Assembly (NCBI GenBank): GCA_051971635.1 | Contig: JBFPLN010000003.1 | Location: forward strand, 96,001-160,000 | DNA: 64,000 bases | DNA from: Candidatus Atelocyanobacterium thalassae | Lineage (GTDB): Bacteria > Cyanobacteriota > Cyanobacteriia > Cyanobacteriales > Microcystaceae | Direction of reading: 5' to 3' | Shown: positions 22,525-31,959 of the stretch, piece by piece | Layout of the letters: each line of letters opens with the position of its first letter | Position numbering within the stretch: position 1 is the stretch's first letter | Position numbers and translations under genes: made by a program | The notes under the pieces: model-generated | The model's database searches: none | Told to the model about the DNA's origin: nothing | The model's input: the letters and a program-made list of their open reading frames with translations, nothing else

Positions 22525-23922
22525 TTACTTAAAAGTACTAATAGTATCTTTAAATATGATAATTTGCTCGTCATTATAACCAGCAAAAGTTCTATTTATA
22601 ATAAGCTTGATCTTCATACCTAAACCTGATTGTAGATATTTTAGATCAATAGGTAATTTACCAATATTAACCACAAATTGATTACCGTTTAAAACAACTA
22701 ATTCATCTGGTATATCTCCTTTATACTTCATACTATAATCAGAAACAGGTCGTAGCCATGGATCTGAATAAGTAACACTATAAACAATGCTAAATTTAGT
22801 TGAAATTAATTGAGATTCATCTGCCTCATCTATTAATTTTAATTGCAATTTTTTTCCTTTTCCATAAATTTCTTGGGCTTTTAATCGAGTCGCATCACTT
22901 TTCTTTATAGAGTTATGAACTATAAATTGCGTAATTTTCTTATGTTGTTTTGTAGTTGCTTCTATCCAAATATCATCAGGAATATTAACTACAATGCCCT
23001 GATTGCTAACATACTGTAAAGTTAACTTCTTTTGAGAAAAGTTACTAAAAGATTGAGGAGCATTCCAAATTAATAAAAAAGAATGTTCTAATCTTTCTAT
23101 TAAAGCTAGATACTGATCATTAATTATGGAAGCAGGAGCAAATAAAGCAGATGCATTATTTTTAGTTTCCCAAATATTTTTTGATAGTAGATAACCTTTA
23201 TTTTTTAAGGTAGCCATGCTTACTGTTACTGCTGACTTATCAGGTTCAAGGGGTTTATCAAGATTTATTAAAGTTAAATGACCTTGTTGTCCATCCTTTC
23301 CAAAAGTTCCGCTGACACCATTAGAACCGTTTTTACCATCTTGACATTGAAATTTTAAAGTTGTACAGCTATAACCAGGAGTACCTGGCTTATTATCGCA
23401 GCTTTCTAGCGCCCAATAAGGACTATTGCAACGACATCCTTCTGCTCCGATACCTCCTTGACCTGGTCGTCCACCTCTTCCTCCTGCTGCATTAATAAAG
23501 ATCTTACTTAAATTTTCAATGTTACTCGTATATAAAGTTAATGAACCCCCGTCACCACCATTACCACCATTACCTCCATTACCTCCACTACCACCGTTTG
23601 AAGCTTTTAAGTTATGTTTGATTTTTAAAGGCTGAACCTTACATTTAGCTTCTTTACCATGTTCTCCATTTTCTCCTATTTGTCCACTCTCTCCTCCTAA
23701 ATCGAGATTTAGAGGAGAATCATCAATAAAAATAGTTAGATCTTCGCTATTTTTACCGTCTTTTCCTGAGGAACCGTGATAACCATCAATACCATTTTCG
23801 CCGAATGTTTTAACTTCGACAGCGATTGCAGGTCTTGTCTGTAATTTAAATGCTACAAATGATGGCGAAATAGTAAAAATTTCGGAAAATAATATAAAGA
23901 AAATAAGTTTAATTATTTGCAT
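22525..23922 (-). CDS. Secreted Gly-rich collagen-like protein
   Basis: Hydrophobic N-terminus, several G-X-Y tracts (GENGIDGYHGSSGKDG, GGNGGNGGNGGDGG, GKNGSNGVSGTFGKDGQQG), Cys cluster and a globular C-terminal domain. Confidence 0.7.
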   Translation of the reverse strand: MQIIKLIFFILFSEIFTISPSFVAFKLQTRPAIAVEVKTFGENGIDGYHGSSGKDGKNSEDLTIFIDDSPLNLDLGGESGQIGENGEHGKEAKCKVQPLKIKHNLKASNGGSGGNGGNGGNGGDGGSLTLYTSNIENLSKIFINAAGGRGGRPGQGGIGAEGCRCNSPYWALESCDNKPGTPGYSCTTLKFQCQDGKNGSNGVSGTFGKDGQQGHLTLINLDKPLEPDKSAVTVSMATLKNKGYLLSKNIWETKNNASALFAPASIINDQYLALIERLEHSFLLIWNAPQSFSNFSQKKLTLQYVSNQGIVVNIPDDIWIEATTKQHKKITQFIVHNSIKKSDATRLKAQEIYGKGKKLQLKLIDEADESQLISTKFSIVYSVTYSDPWLRPVSDYSMKYKGDIPDELVVLNGNQFVVNIGKLPIDLKYLQSGLGMKIKLIINRTFAGYNDEQIIIFKDTISTFK

Positions 23923-24136
23923 TTATTCGTTATGAAGATTAACGATATTAAAATTATAAGAGACTATACATTATAAATTTTTGTTTCTTAAATACTATTT
24001 TTCTTATTATCAGCAGTCAAGCTAACGTAGTAAGGTTTGATTTATAACTAAATATTGAGTATCAATAGCTCTAAATCTAAAATCTAGATTATTTATGTCT
24101 TGTTAGTTAAATATTTGCTTACTTTTTTATAAAATA

Positions 24137-25318
24137 TTATTTAAGTGTACTGATAAAATCTTCTATTCTATTCATTCCCTTTTCAATAGATATTAAGTCA
24201 GCAGCATAAGAAATACGTATACAACCATTGTTACCGAAAGCTTGTCCCGGGATAACAGCAACTTGATATTTTTCCAATAAATCATTTGAAAATTGAATAG
24301 AACTTTTACTTATCTGACTAATATCAATAAATACATAAAATGCTCCCATTGGAATAGGACAACTTATTTTTGGAATTGCTGCAATTCTTTGAAGGATACT
24401 TTGACGACGTTCAGTGAAAGCATTTAACATTCCCTGGATACACGTTGAAGATTCTTTTGCCTTTAGAGCAGTAATAGCACCATATTGAGCAAAAGTACAA
24501 ACATTAGAAGTACTATGACTTTGAATGGTATTTACAGCTTTAATTAAATTATCAGGGCCTGCCAAATAACCTAGGCGCCACCCAGTCATAGCATAACTTT
24601 TAGAGAATCCATTACTAATAATTGTTTTTTTAAAGATATCTTCCCCTAACGCCCCAATACTAATATGTTCCGCTTTGGAATATAGAATTTTTTCATAAAT
24701 TTCATCAGAAACAACCCATATATCATTGTCTACAATTATCTCTGCTAACTTTTTAATTTCTTGATATGTATAAACTGCGCCAGTAGGATTAGAAGGAGAA
24801 TTAAGAATAAATAACTTTGTTTTTGAAGTAATAACCTTTAATAACTGTTCAGGTGTAATTTTATAATTTGTTTCTGCTTTAGTTTCTACGATAATAGGTA
24901 CGCCTTTTGCTAATCTAACCATCTCAGGATAGCTAAGCCAATATGGAGCAGGAATAATTACTTCATCTCCACTTTCTATTAAAGCTAGCATTAGATTAAA
25001 TAATGAATGTTTACCTCCGTTTGTTACAGTAATATTATCAGGAGTATAGTCGAGTTTATTATCTTCTTTTAGCTTATCTACGATAGCCTTTTTCAAGGCC
25101 ATCTCACCTGATACAGGTCCATACTTAGTTTTTCCTTCCTGTAAAGCTAATACTGCTGAGTTTTTAATATGTTGAGGTGTATCAAAGTCTGGCTCTCCCG
25201 AACTAAGACTATAGACGTCCATACCTTGTGTCTTCATTTGTTTAGCTTTAGCAGCAATACCAAGGGTTATCGAGGGAGTAATTTGTTTTACTCTTGCCGC
25301 TAGTTGATTCATATTCAC
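24137..25318 (-). CDS. aspC: PLP-dependent class I aminotransferase (aspartate aminotransferase)
   Basis: [34 protein letters not shown] (PLP lysine). Confidence 0.9.
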   Translation of the reverse strand: MNMNQLAARVKQITPSITLGIAAKAKQMKTQGMDVYSLSSGEPDFDTPQHIKNSAVLALQEGKTKYGPVSGEMALKKAIVDKLKEDNKLDYTPDNITVTNGGKHSLFNLMLALIESGDEVIIPAPYWLSYPEMVRLAKGVPIIVETKAETNYKITPEQLLKVITSKTKLFILNSPSNPTGAVYTYQEIKKLAEIIVDNDIWVVSDEIYEKILYSKAEHISIGALGEDIFKKTIISNGFSKSYAMTGWRLGYLAGPDNLIKAVNTIQSHSTSNVCTFAQYGAITALKAKESSTCIQGMLNAFTERRQSILQRIAAIPKISCPIPMGAFYVFIDISQISKSSIQFSNDLLEKYQVAVIPGQAFGNNGCIRISYAADLISIEKGMNRIEDFISTLK

Positions 25319-25590
25319 TCTTCTAAATCTAATACATTACTATTAGTTACTCTACAACATTTCCCTTATAATACACTCCTAGTAATACTTTCTTTTTTAT
25401 TGAAGATAAAAAACTATACAACATAGCATCACTTAAGTTGACCTATATGATTAAATTTTAGTAACAATAGGTAAAATTTAGAGATATCTAGTCTATGAAC
25501 CCAGTTGATTGTTTTTATTTAAAATATATGTACTTTCATGATTAAATAATTTCAAATTATAAGATTAATTAAGTTAGTTATATTGTTTTT

Positions 25591-27051
25591 TTATCTTGTT
25601 AACAAAATATTTATTGAAGCTTCACTCCAACGTAATAGCCAGTTTGGTTGAATTCCTAGTATTATAATTAAAAGTGCTAAAAGTAATGCTGGAGAGCGTT
25701 CAGACCAGTATATACGAGGAAGATTAACTAATCTCGGAGTTAATCTTCCGAAAAATACACGATTCACCATTAATAAAAAATATACTGCTGTTAAACCACT
25801 ACCTACTAAGCAGAGTAATGTTTGGATTGGAAAGATAGGGAAACTACCTCTAAATACAAGAAATTCTGCAATAAAGCCAATCATACCAGGTATGCCAGAA
25901 CTCGCCATGACTCCGAGAATAATTAAGCTTCCTGTAATGGGCAGCCCATGTTGTGGATTAAATAAACCAGATAAGAAATCTACATCACGACTACCGGTCT
26001 TTTCGTAAACAATTCCAACAAGAAGAAATAATAAAGAAGAAATTAATCCATGACTAATCATTTGAAAAACAGTAGCATTTAAACTTAATGGAGTACTTGC
26101 AGAGGATCCCAATAAGATGTAAGCCATGTGAGCAATAGAAGAATAAGCAACTACCTTTTTCATATCTTTTTGTGCGATAGCACAAGAAGCTCCATACAGT
26201 GCACTAACAACAGCCAGAGTAGCTAGTACGGGGGCTAGGTATAGCCATGCATCTGTAAACAAACCAATTCCAAAACGTAATAGCCCGTAGGTACCTAGTT
26301 TTAATAAAACTCCTGCTAACAAAATAGAAACAGGAGTTGAAGCCTCTACATGTGTGTCTGGCAGCCACGTATGAAAAGGAACGATAGGAATTTTAATACT
26401 TAAGCCTATCAACAATGGAATTAATAAAAACAGCTGATTTATAAGGGGTAAAGAATGAGAGCGTAAAGACCAGTAATTAAACGTATGTATTCCTGATAAC
26501 CAGACTAATCCTAAGAAAGATATAAAAACAAAAATTCCAGAAATAGATGTATATATTAAAAACTTAATAGAAGCGTAATCACGTCTTATTCCACCCCAAA
26601 TCACTAGTAAAAAATATAGTGGAATAGTTTCTAACTCATAAAAAATAAAAAATAAGAGTAAATCTTGAGAGAGGAAGGCCCCAGAAATACCACTGTTTAA
26701 AATAAATATTAATCCGTAATAAAGTCTTGGTCTCTGAATATTTTGACTACTACTATAAATAGTAATTAGAGTAAGAAAATTATTGAGACATAATAAAGGT
26801 AACGATAACCCATCAACTCCAATGCTATAGTTTAGACCAATTTTTTCTATCCAAAAAAAAGATTCATAAAACTGAATTTCGGGATTATTTATATTAAAGT
26901 TAAAGCCAATGGCTAAAGTTAAAGCTAATAATAAGACTGATATAGAAATAGCGAATAAACGACAATAGTTATTATCTTGTTGTTTAAAAAAAAATATTAT
27001 TAAAATAGCACTTAATAAAGGTAACCAAATTAAGCAACTAAGAATCGGCAA
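25591..27051 (-). CDS. ndhD4: NDH-1 subunit D4 (constitutive CO2-uptake type)
   Basis: GVDGLSLPL, FYELE, KIPIVPFHTWLPD, LKLGTYG, AQKDMKKVVAYSSIAHM, YFLLMVNRVFFGRL; downstream of an ndhF4-type gene. Confidence 0.88.
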   Translation of the reverse strand: MPILSCLIWLPLLSAILIIFFFKQQDNNYCRLFAISISVLLLALTLAIGFNFNINNPEIQFYESFFWIEKIGLNYSIGVDGLSLPLLCLNNFLTLITIYSSSQNIQRPRLYYGLIFILNSGISGAFLSQDLLLFFIFYELETIPLYFLLVIWGGIRRDYASIKFLIYTSISGIFVFISFLGLVWLSGIHTFNYWSLRSHSLPLINQLFLLIPLLIGLSIKIPIVPFHTWLPDTHVEASTPVSILLAGVLLKLGTYGLLRFGIGLFTDAWLYLAPVLATLAVVSALYGASCAIAQKDMKKVVAYSSIAHMAYILLGSSASTPLSLNATVFQMISHGLISSLLFLLVGIVYEKTGSRDVDFLSGLFNPQHGLPITGSLIILGVMASSGIPGMIGFIAEFLVFRGSFPIFPIQTLLCLVGSGLTAVYFLLMVNRVFFGRLTPRLVNLPRIYWSERSPALLLALLIIILGIQPNWLLRWSEASINILLTR

Positions 27052-27223
27052 TTTTTTAACTCCTAGAATATGAAAAAAATACTTATATAATCATTAGTTA
27101 TGATGACCTATAGTCGAAGAAGATATTTTTAGCATTTTGTTCACAATATCTTTATTTAAGAATGAAAGCTAATTAGAAAAATTAGTTAATATGAAAAACA
27201 AAACTAACATTAGAAATTACTTA

Positions 27224-29080
27224 TTATTGATTTCTAAACAAGAACCATATTAATATACTAAACCATAATCCTGAAAATATAGTTAATATATATAGCTGTA
27301 ATTGTCCCGACCCAGCATATTTTAGAATACTACTACTAAAAAAAACTATATAACTAATTAAATTATTTAATCCGTCAAGAATATAACTATCAAACCAGGA
27401 TGTTATACGTGAAATATTTTTAACTAAGCCTACAATAGTCACTGCATAAATCTGTTCTAAATAGAAATCATGAGCAAATATATCTTGAAAAAAATGTAAC
27501 CACAAGTTAGTAGATTGTTTTCTAAATATTGTGTGTATAGCTCCAAAGAAACATCCAAATAAGCCTGATAAAATAATCAAAAAACACGATGGGCTCATTA
27601 TAAATGGGTGATTAGTCAATGTCATAGATACTGGAGATAGCTCTAATTTCCAATGAATAGGGATAATCGGTTCAATTAAAACAAAAACTATTAAGATCAT
27701 CATGGGAAGTGACATAAGCCAAGCAACCTCTGGTGTTCGTTTAGTTTTATTTTGGAGATCCCCTAAAAAAACAGTACAAAAAACTCTAGTTAGATTAAAC
27801 GCACATAATACATTGATGATTAGTAAAGTAGCTAATAAGTAAGAAGATATATCCCAATAACTTTCAAGCCAGCTTCTCCACGTCCAGAACATTCCCATAG
27901 GAAACAATGCAATTAAACCGGTTAAACCAACAAGAAAAGCGATAGTGGTGATTGGCATTCTTGACCATAAACCTCCCATTTCTGTAATATTTTGACTATT
28001 CGTAGTGAAAATAACAGATCCAGCACTCATAAATAAAAGTGCTTTTGGTATTGAATGTGCATAAATTAACAAGAACGCAATATCAACATGTCCTAAACCA
28101 ACAGCAATAAATACTAACCCTAAATAAGTACTTGTAGAATGACATAAAGCTCTTTTAATATCTACTTGGGCCATAGCCATTAAAGAAGTACCAATACAAG
28201 TTATGACTCCTAAGATAATGAGTATATTAGAGGACATGGATGATAAAGCAAAAAGTGGTTGTAACTTGATAAGAACATAAGCTCCAGCAGATACAACGAT
28301 AGAGTTTCTCATAATACTTGCAGGAGTAGGTCCTTCCATAGCTTTATCTAACCACAGATTTAGAGGGAATTGAGCACATTTACCTGTTAATCCTGCGATA
28401 AGTGACAACCCTAGTAAAGTTGCATTTAACGTAGATATTGGAGCATTTAAAGCCCAAGTTTCTAATTCAGAGAAAGTTAGTCCTTCTCCATAACTTGATA
28501 AAGCTACCAATCCCATAAAAAAAATAATATCTCCTACTCTTTTAGTTAAAAATGCGTCTCTTGCCGCTGTTTTTACAAGTGGTTGAGCATACCAAAAACC
28601 TACTAAAAGATATGTAGATAAAGTTAAAATTTCTAAAAGTCCATAACTTAATAGCAAAGAATCACTTAGAGCAATACCTCCTAAAGATGCTTCGAAAATT
28701 CCCATCATTCCCAAAAAACGGGCTAAGGACCAGTCTTTTTCCATATAGCCTAAAGTATAGATCTGGGATAAAAAGCTAATACAAGTAATAAGTTCTAAAG
28801 CCCCTAAACTAATTGGAGATAATTCAACAGATAAAGATAAATGTAAATTAGCTATATTGAGCCAATTAAAAGCTAAATGTTTAACTGGTCTGCCCCAAAT
28901 TAGGAGAAAAGCGAGGGAACTATGAATAAATGCCAGGCAGCTCATTAATAAATTTAAATAAGCTCCAAAAAGAGGCCCAGTTCTGAGAGTAATATTGATT
29001 GACCAAGGTAGGGAAAGTAATGTGCCTATCAAACCATAGAAAGGAATTAGCCAGCTACTATACAGAAAAAAAATACTCAT
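27224..29080 (-). CDS. ndhF4: NDH-1 subunit F4 (constitutive CO2-uptake type)
   Basis: SSWLIPFYGLIG, GYMEKDWSLARF, GFWYAQPLV, AARDAFLTKRVGD, GKCAQFPLNLWLD. EKDWSL and YAQP match F4 rather than F3 (EMDWGW, FNQP) from recall. Confidence 0.9.
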   Translation of the reverse strand: MSIFFLYSSWLIPFYGLIGTLLSLPWSINITLRTGPLFGAYLNLLMSCLAFIHSSLAFLLIWGRPVKHLAFNWLNIANLHLSLSVELSPISLGALELITCISFLSQIYTLGYMEKDWSLARFLGMMGIFEASLGGIALSDSLLLSYGLLEILTLSTYLLVGFWYAQPLVKTAARDAFLTKRVGDIIFFMGLVALSSYGEGLTFSELETWALNAPISTLNATLLGLSLIAGLTGKCAQFPLNLWLDKAMEGPTPASIMRNSIVVSAGAYVLIKLQPLFALSSMSSNILIILGVITCIGTSLMAMAQVDIKRALCHSTSTYLGLVFIAVGLGHVDIAFLLIYAHSIPKALLFMSAGSVIFTTNSQNITEMGGLWSRMPITTIAFLVGLTGLIALFPMGMFWTWRSWLESYWDISSYLLATLLIINVLCAFNLTRVFCTVFLGDLQNKTKRTPEVAWLMSLPMMILIVFVLIEPIIPIHWKLELSPVSMTLTNHPFIMSPSCFLIILSGLFGCFFGAIHTIFRKQSTNLWLHFFQDIFAHDFYLEQIYAVTIVGLVKNISRITSWFDSYILDGLNNLISYIVFFSSSILKYAGSGQLQLYILTIFSGLWFSILIWFLFRNQ

Positions 29081-29463
29081 TTATAGTGATTAATTTACTT
29101 TAATTAAATTAGTTTGGAAAATATTATTAAAACCATATACTACCTTTTTCTATTGTTATAAGATGATTTATATTTAAAATCGCACTTTCTAAAAGCATTT
29201 AGTTTTAACTGTATACTTAACATTTAAGTTATGTAAGACTAGTTTTTAAAGACTATTAAGTTAAAAAAAATAGATTATATCTTCTCTCTATAATCAAAAT
29301 ATAATTATTCTTATGTAGTAAAATCATTAGACAATATCATGATATTCAGGATTAACTATTTGAAAATAATTAAAAACCATAGTTTATGACTAAGCTTTTA
29401 TAAGTATTTTCAAATAGTTAATTACTTGAAAAATTGATTAAAATCTAATTTTCTTGTCAGAAA

Positions 29464-30594
29464 TTAGATTTTAATTAATTTTTCAAATAACGATTTTCCT
29501 GTTCTACTAAATACAACAATAGATCTGTTTCGCTTAAACAGAACAGATCCTATATTAATGTTAAAATTAACATATTTATTAATATAAGATTGTGCTTTTT
29601 TATCAATTGTTTCAGCGATTGATTGATAAATTTTAGTACTCCATTGACTTTTTGTTTCTTCATCTAGCTTTCTTAAAAGAGATAAAGCATCTTCTGCTGT
29701 TTGACAACTAAACAAACTTTTCAAATTTTTGAGTGGTAATCCTACTTTAACTCCATGAGTTATTAATACTTCTAATCTTCCATCTGCCAAATGATGGTGA
29801 GTGTTAAAAATACCTCCTGCAAGTTTAATTAATTTTCCATGATATCCAAACAATAGAATAGAATTAATTCTTTCAACTCCGGCCATTATTAATAATGGTC
29901 CTATCCAGTTAGCTGTTTTAATTAAGTTAGAAGGATGGATACCTATACTTCTAGCTAAGGATAAACCGTTTTCCCCTAAACAAAATACTAAAGTATTAGT
30001 CTTCTGAGATTTTTTCTGTAACTCTTTTTGACAATTTTGTAATTGACCAGATGTACTTAAAGGTCTAGATATACCAGAAGTTCCTAATAATGATAATCCT
30101 TGAATTATACCAAACGCTTCATTTGAAGTTTGCTTTGCAAGTTTTCGTCCTTCTGGCAAAATTATTGTAACTATAATTTTTTCTGTAGAAGTTAAGTAAA
30201 ATTGTAAGTTATGTCTTAATAGTTTTTGAGCATAGGAATAGATAGCATCTTTAAAGCCATTATGACTTTGTTTACCAATTCCTTCTCCCCCTTGTATGAT
30301 AACTTCTGTCTGATTAGCTTTATGTTTTTTTGACTCTATCATTACCCAAACAGGAGTATTTTTAGTCAAATCAAGATTATCTCCTGGATTACTAATAGTG
30401 ATTGCTAGAGATTGACGTTGTTGAATCTTAGCTACTTGATCAATAGAGACAGCTATTATATTTGATGGTTCAACTAAGTCGATATAAATTTTGTCATTAA
30501 TTTTTCTATTTTGCAGGCGAAACAAGGCTGCAATTGCTGATGCACAAGCAAAGACAGGTAGAGTATAGCCATAGGAAGGCATGATATTATTCAT
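29464..30594 (-). CDS. cbiD: Cobalt-precorrin-5B C1-methyltransferase
   Basis: GYTLPVFACA, PGDNLDLT, GGEGIG, SNEAFGIIQGLSLLGT, GYHGKLIKLAGGIFNTHHHLADGR; ATGA overlap with the upstream gene. Confidence 0.93.
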   Translation of the reverse strand: MNNIMPSYGYTLPVFACASAIAALFRLQNRKINDKIYIDLVEPSNIIAVSIDQVAKIQQRQSLAITISNPGDNLDLTKNTPVWVMIESKKHKANQTEVIIQGGEGIGKQSHNGFKDAIYSYAQKLLRHNLQFYLTSTEKIIVTIILPEGRKLAKQTSNEAFGIIQGLSLLGTSGISRPLSTSGQLQNCQKELQKKSQKTNTLVFCLGENGLSLARSIGIHPSNLIKTANWIGPLLIMAGVERINSILLFGYHGKLIKLAGGIFNTHHHLADGRLEVLITHGVKVGLPLKNLKSLFSCQTAEDALSLLRKLDEETKSQWSTKIYQSIAETIDKKAQSYINKYVNFNINIGSVLFKRNRSIVVFSRTGKSLFEKLIKI

Positions 30595-31430
30595 AGTATT
30601 TCCTTAGTATTTAAGTTAAAGGAACAATGGGGACAGGAAATATTTTCTGTAGAGCAATTAGATAAATTATAGTCATCAAGAATGGGGTAACCACATCCTG
30701 TACACATCTTATAGCTACCTTTTTCTAATTTATGTTTAACAGCAACTCTTTCATCAAAGACAAAACATTCTCCCTCCCACAAACTTTGAGATTCAGAAAT
30801 ACTTTTTAAGTAGTTTAAGACTCCTCCTTTGAGATGAAAAACTTCTTTAAATCCTTTTTGTAATAGATACGACGAAGCTTTTTCACATCTTATTCCTCCA
30901 GTACAAAACATAGCAACTTTTTGATGTTTCTCAGGATTTAAGTGATTTTTAATATAACTGGGGAATTCTCTGAAAAAATGAGTTTGAGGATTGATTGCGC
31001 CTTTAAATGTTCCAATTGCTATTTCATAAATATTTCTTGTATCAATTACAAGAATTTCTTCGTTTTCAAGTATGTTATTCCATTCTTTAGGATCAACATA
31101 AGTACCTACTTGTTGTTCCGGAGAAATATCAGGAATTCCTAGAGTTACTATTTCTTTTTTTAATCGAACTTTAATGCGTTTAAAAGGAAGGTAAGAAGAT
31201 ATAGAATATTTGACTTCTAAATCTAGAAAGTGGATATCCTCTTTTAAGTAATCTACTATTGCGTTGACATTATCACAAGTTCCAGCAATGGTTCCATTTA
31301 TTCCTTCTTGGGAAAGTAGTATAGTTCCTTTAATATCGTAATCTTGACAATACTTAAGTAGTGATGACTTTTTCTCAGCATATTTAGAAAAAAAAATAAA
31401 TTTGTAAAAAGTGGCAACAGTATAAGACAT
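30591..31430 (-). CDS. trhO: Rhodanese-domain tRNA U34 hydroxylase TrhO (UPF0176)
   Basis: TFYKF, EGINGT, RLKKEIVT, IDTRN, MFCTGGIRCEK, LKGGVLNY, GECFVFDERV. Confidence 0.9.
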   Translation of the reverse strand: MSYTVATFYKFIFFSKYAEKKSSLLKYCQDYDIKGTILLSQEGINGTIAGTCDNVNAIVDYLKEDIHFLDLEVKYSISSYLPFKRIKVRLKKEIVTLGIPDISPEQQVGTYVDPKEWNNILENEEILVIDTRNIYEIAIGTFKGAINPQTHFFREFPSYIKNHLNPEKHQKVAMFCTGGIRCEKASSYLLQKGFKEVFHLKGGVLNYLKSISESQSLWEGECFVFDERVAVKHKLEKGSYKMCTGCGYPILDDYNLSNCSTENISCPHCSFNLNTKEIL

Positions 31431-31594
31431 AAAAAATATTTTTATAAATAACTATGACAGAATAATAACAAAAAAACTTTTAAAAAATTAATATATACGT
31501 TTCTAAAGGCTATTGGTACCAACCATAATTTCGACTAAAAATAACTATGTATCTTAGATAAGTTAACTATTTAAAATGATAAATTAAAAAAAAC

Positions 31595-31624
31595 TTGCAT
31601 ATTTGTATTATTATTGTGTATACT
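31595..31624 (+). promoter_or_regulatory. Sigma70-like promoter of tRNA-Ala
   Basis: TTGCAT-N18-TATACT about 50 nt upstream of the tRNA. Confidence 0.45.
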
Positions 31625-31675
31625 AGTAAAGGTTGAGAAACGATTCATAGTCTAGAAAAATCTGTGTATAACTTT

Positions 31676-31748
31676 GGGGGTTTAGCTCAGTTGGTAGAGC
31701 GCCTGCTTTGCAAGCAGGATGTCAGCGGTTCAAGTCCGCTAATCTCCA
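31676..31748 (+). tRNA. trnA: tRNA-Ala (anticodon TGC)
   Basis: GGGGGTT/AATCTCC acceptor stem with G3:U70, D-arm AGCTCAGTTGGTAGAGC, anticodon arm CCTGC-TTTGCAA-GCAGG, T-loop GTTCAAG; CCA not encoded. Confidence 0.98.
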
Positions 31749-31959
31749 TACTTTTATAGAATAAACTATAAGTACTACCATAAAGATAATCTTTGAATGG
31801 AGTATATTTTTAATATTATATATAGTACAAATTATTGAGTATTTTGACCTTATTAGATTTCTTAGTAATTTTAAAGTATAAATTCTATCCTTTAAACCTA
31901 TACATTTAAGTCCGTTACAATCTAAAATGAGATGGATTTTACTATTTTAAATAACACTT

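Noticed and set aside
31676..31748. tRNA-Ala as an integration site or rrn remnant
   Set aside because: No integrase, duplicated 3' end or rRNA sequence nearby; the flanking genes are core genes.
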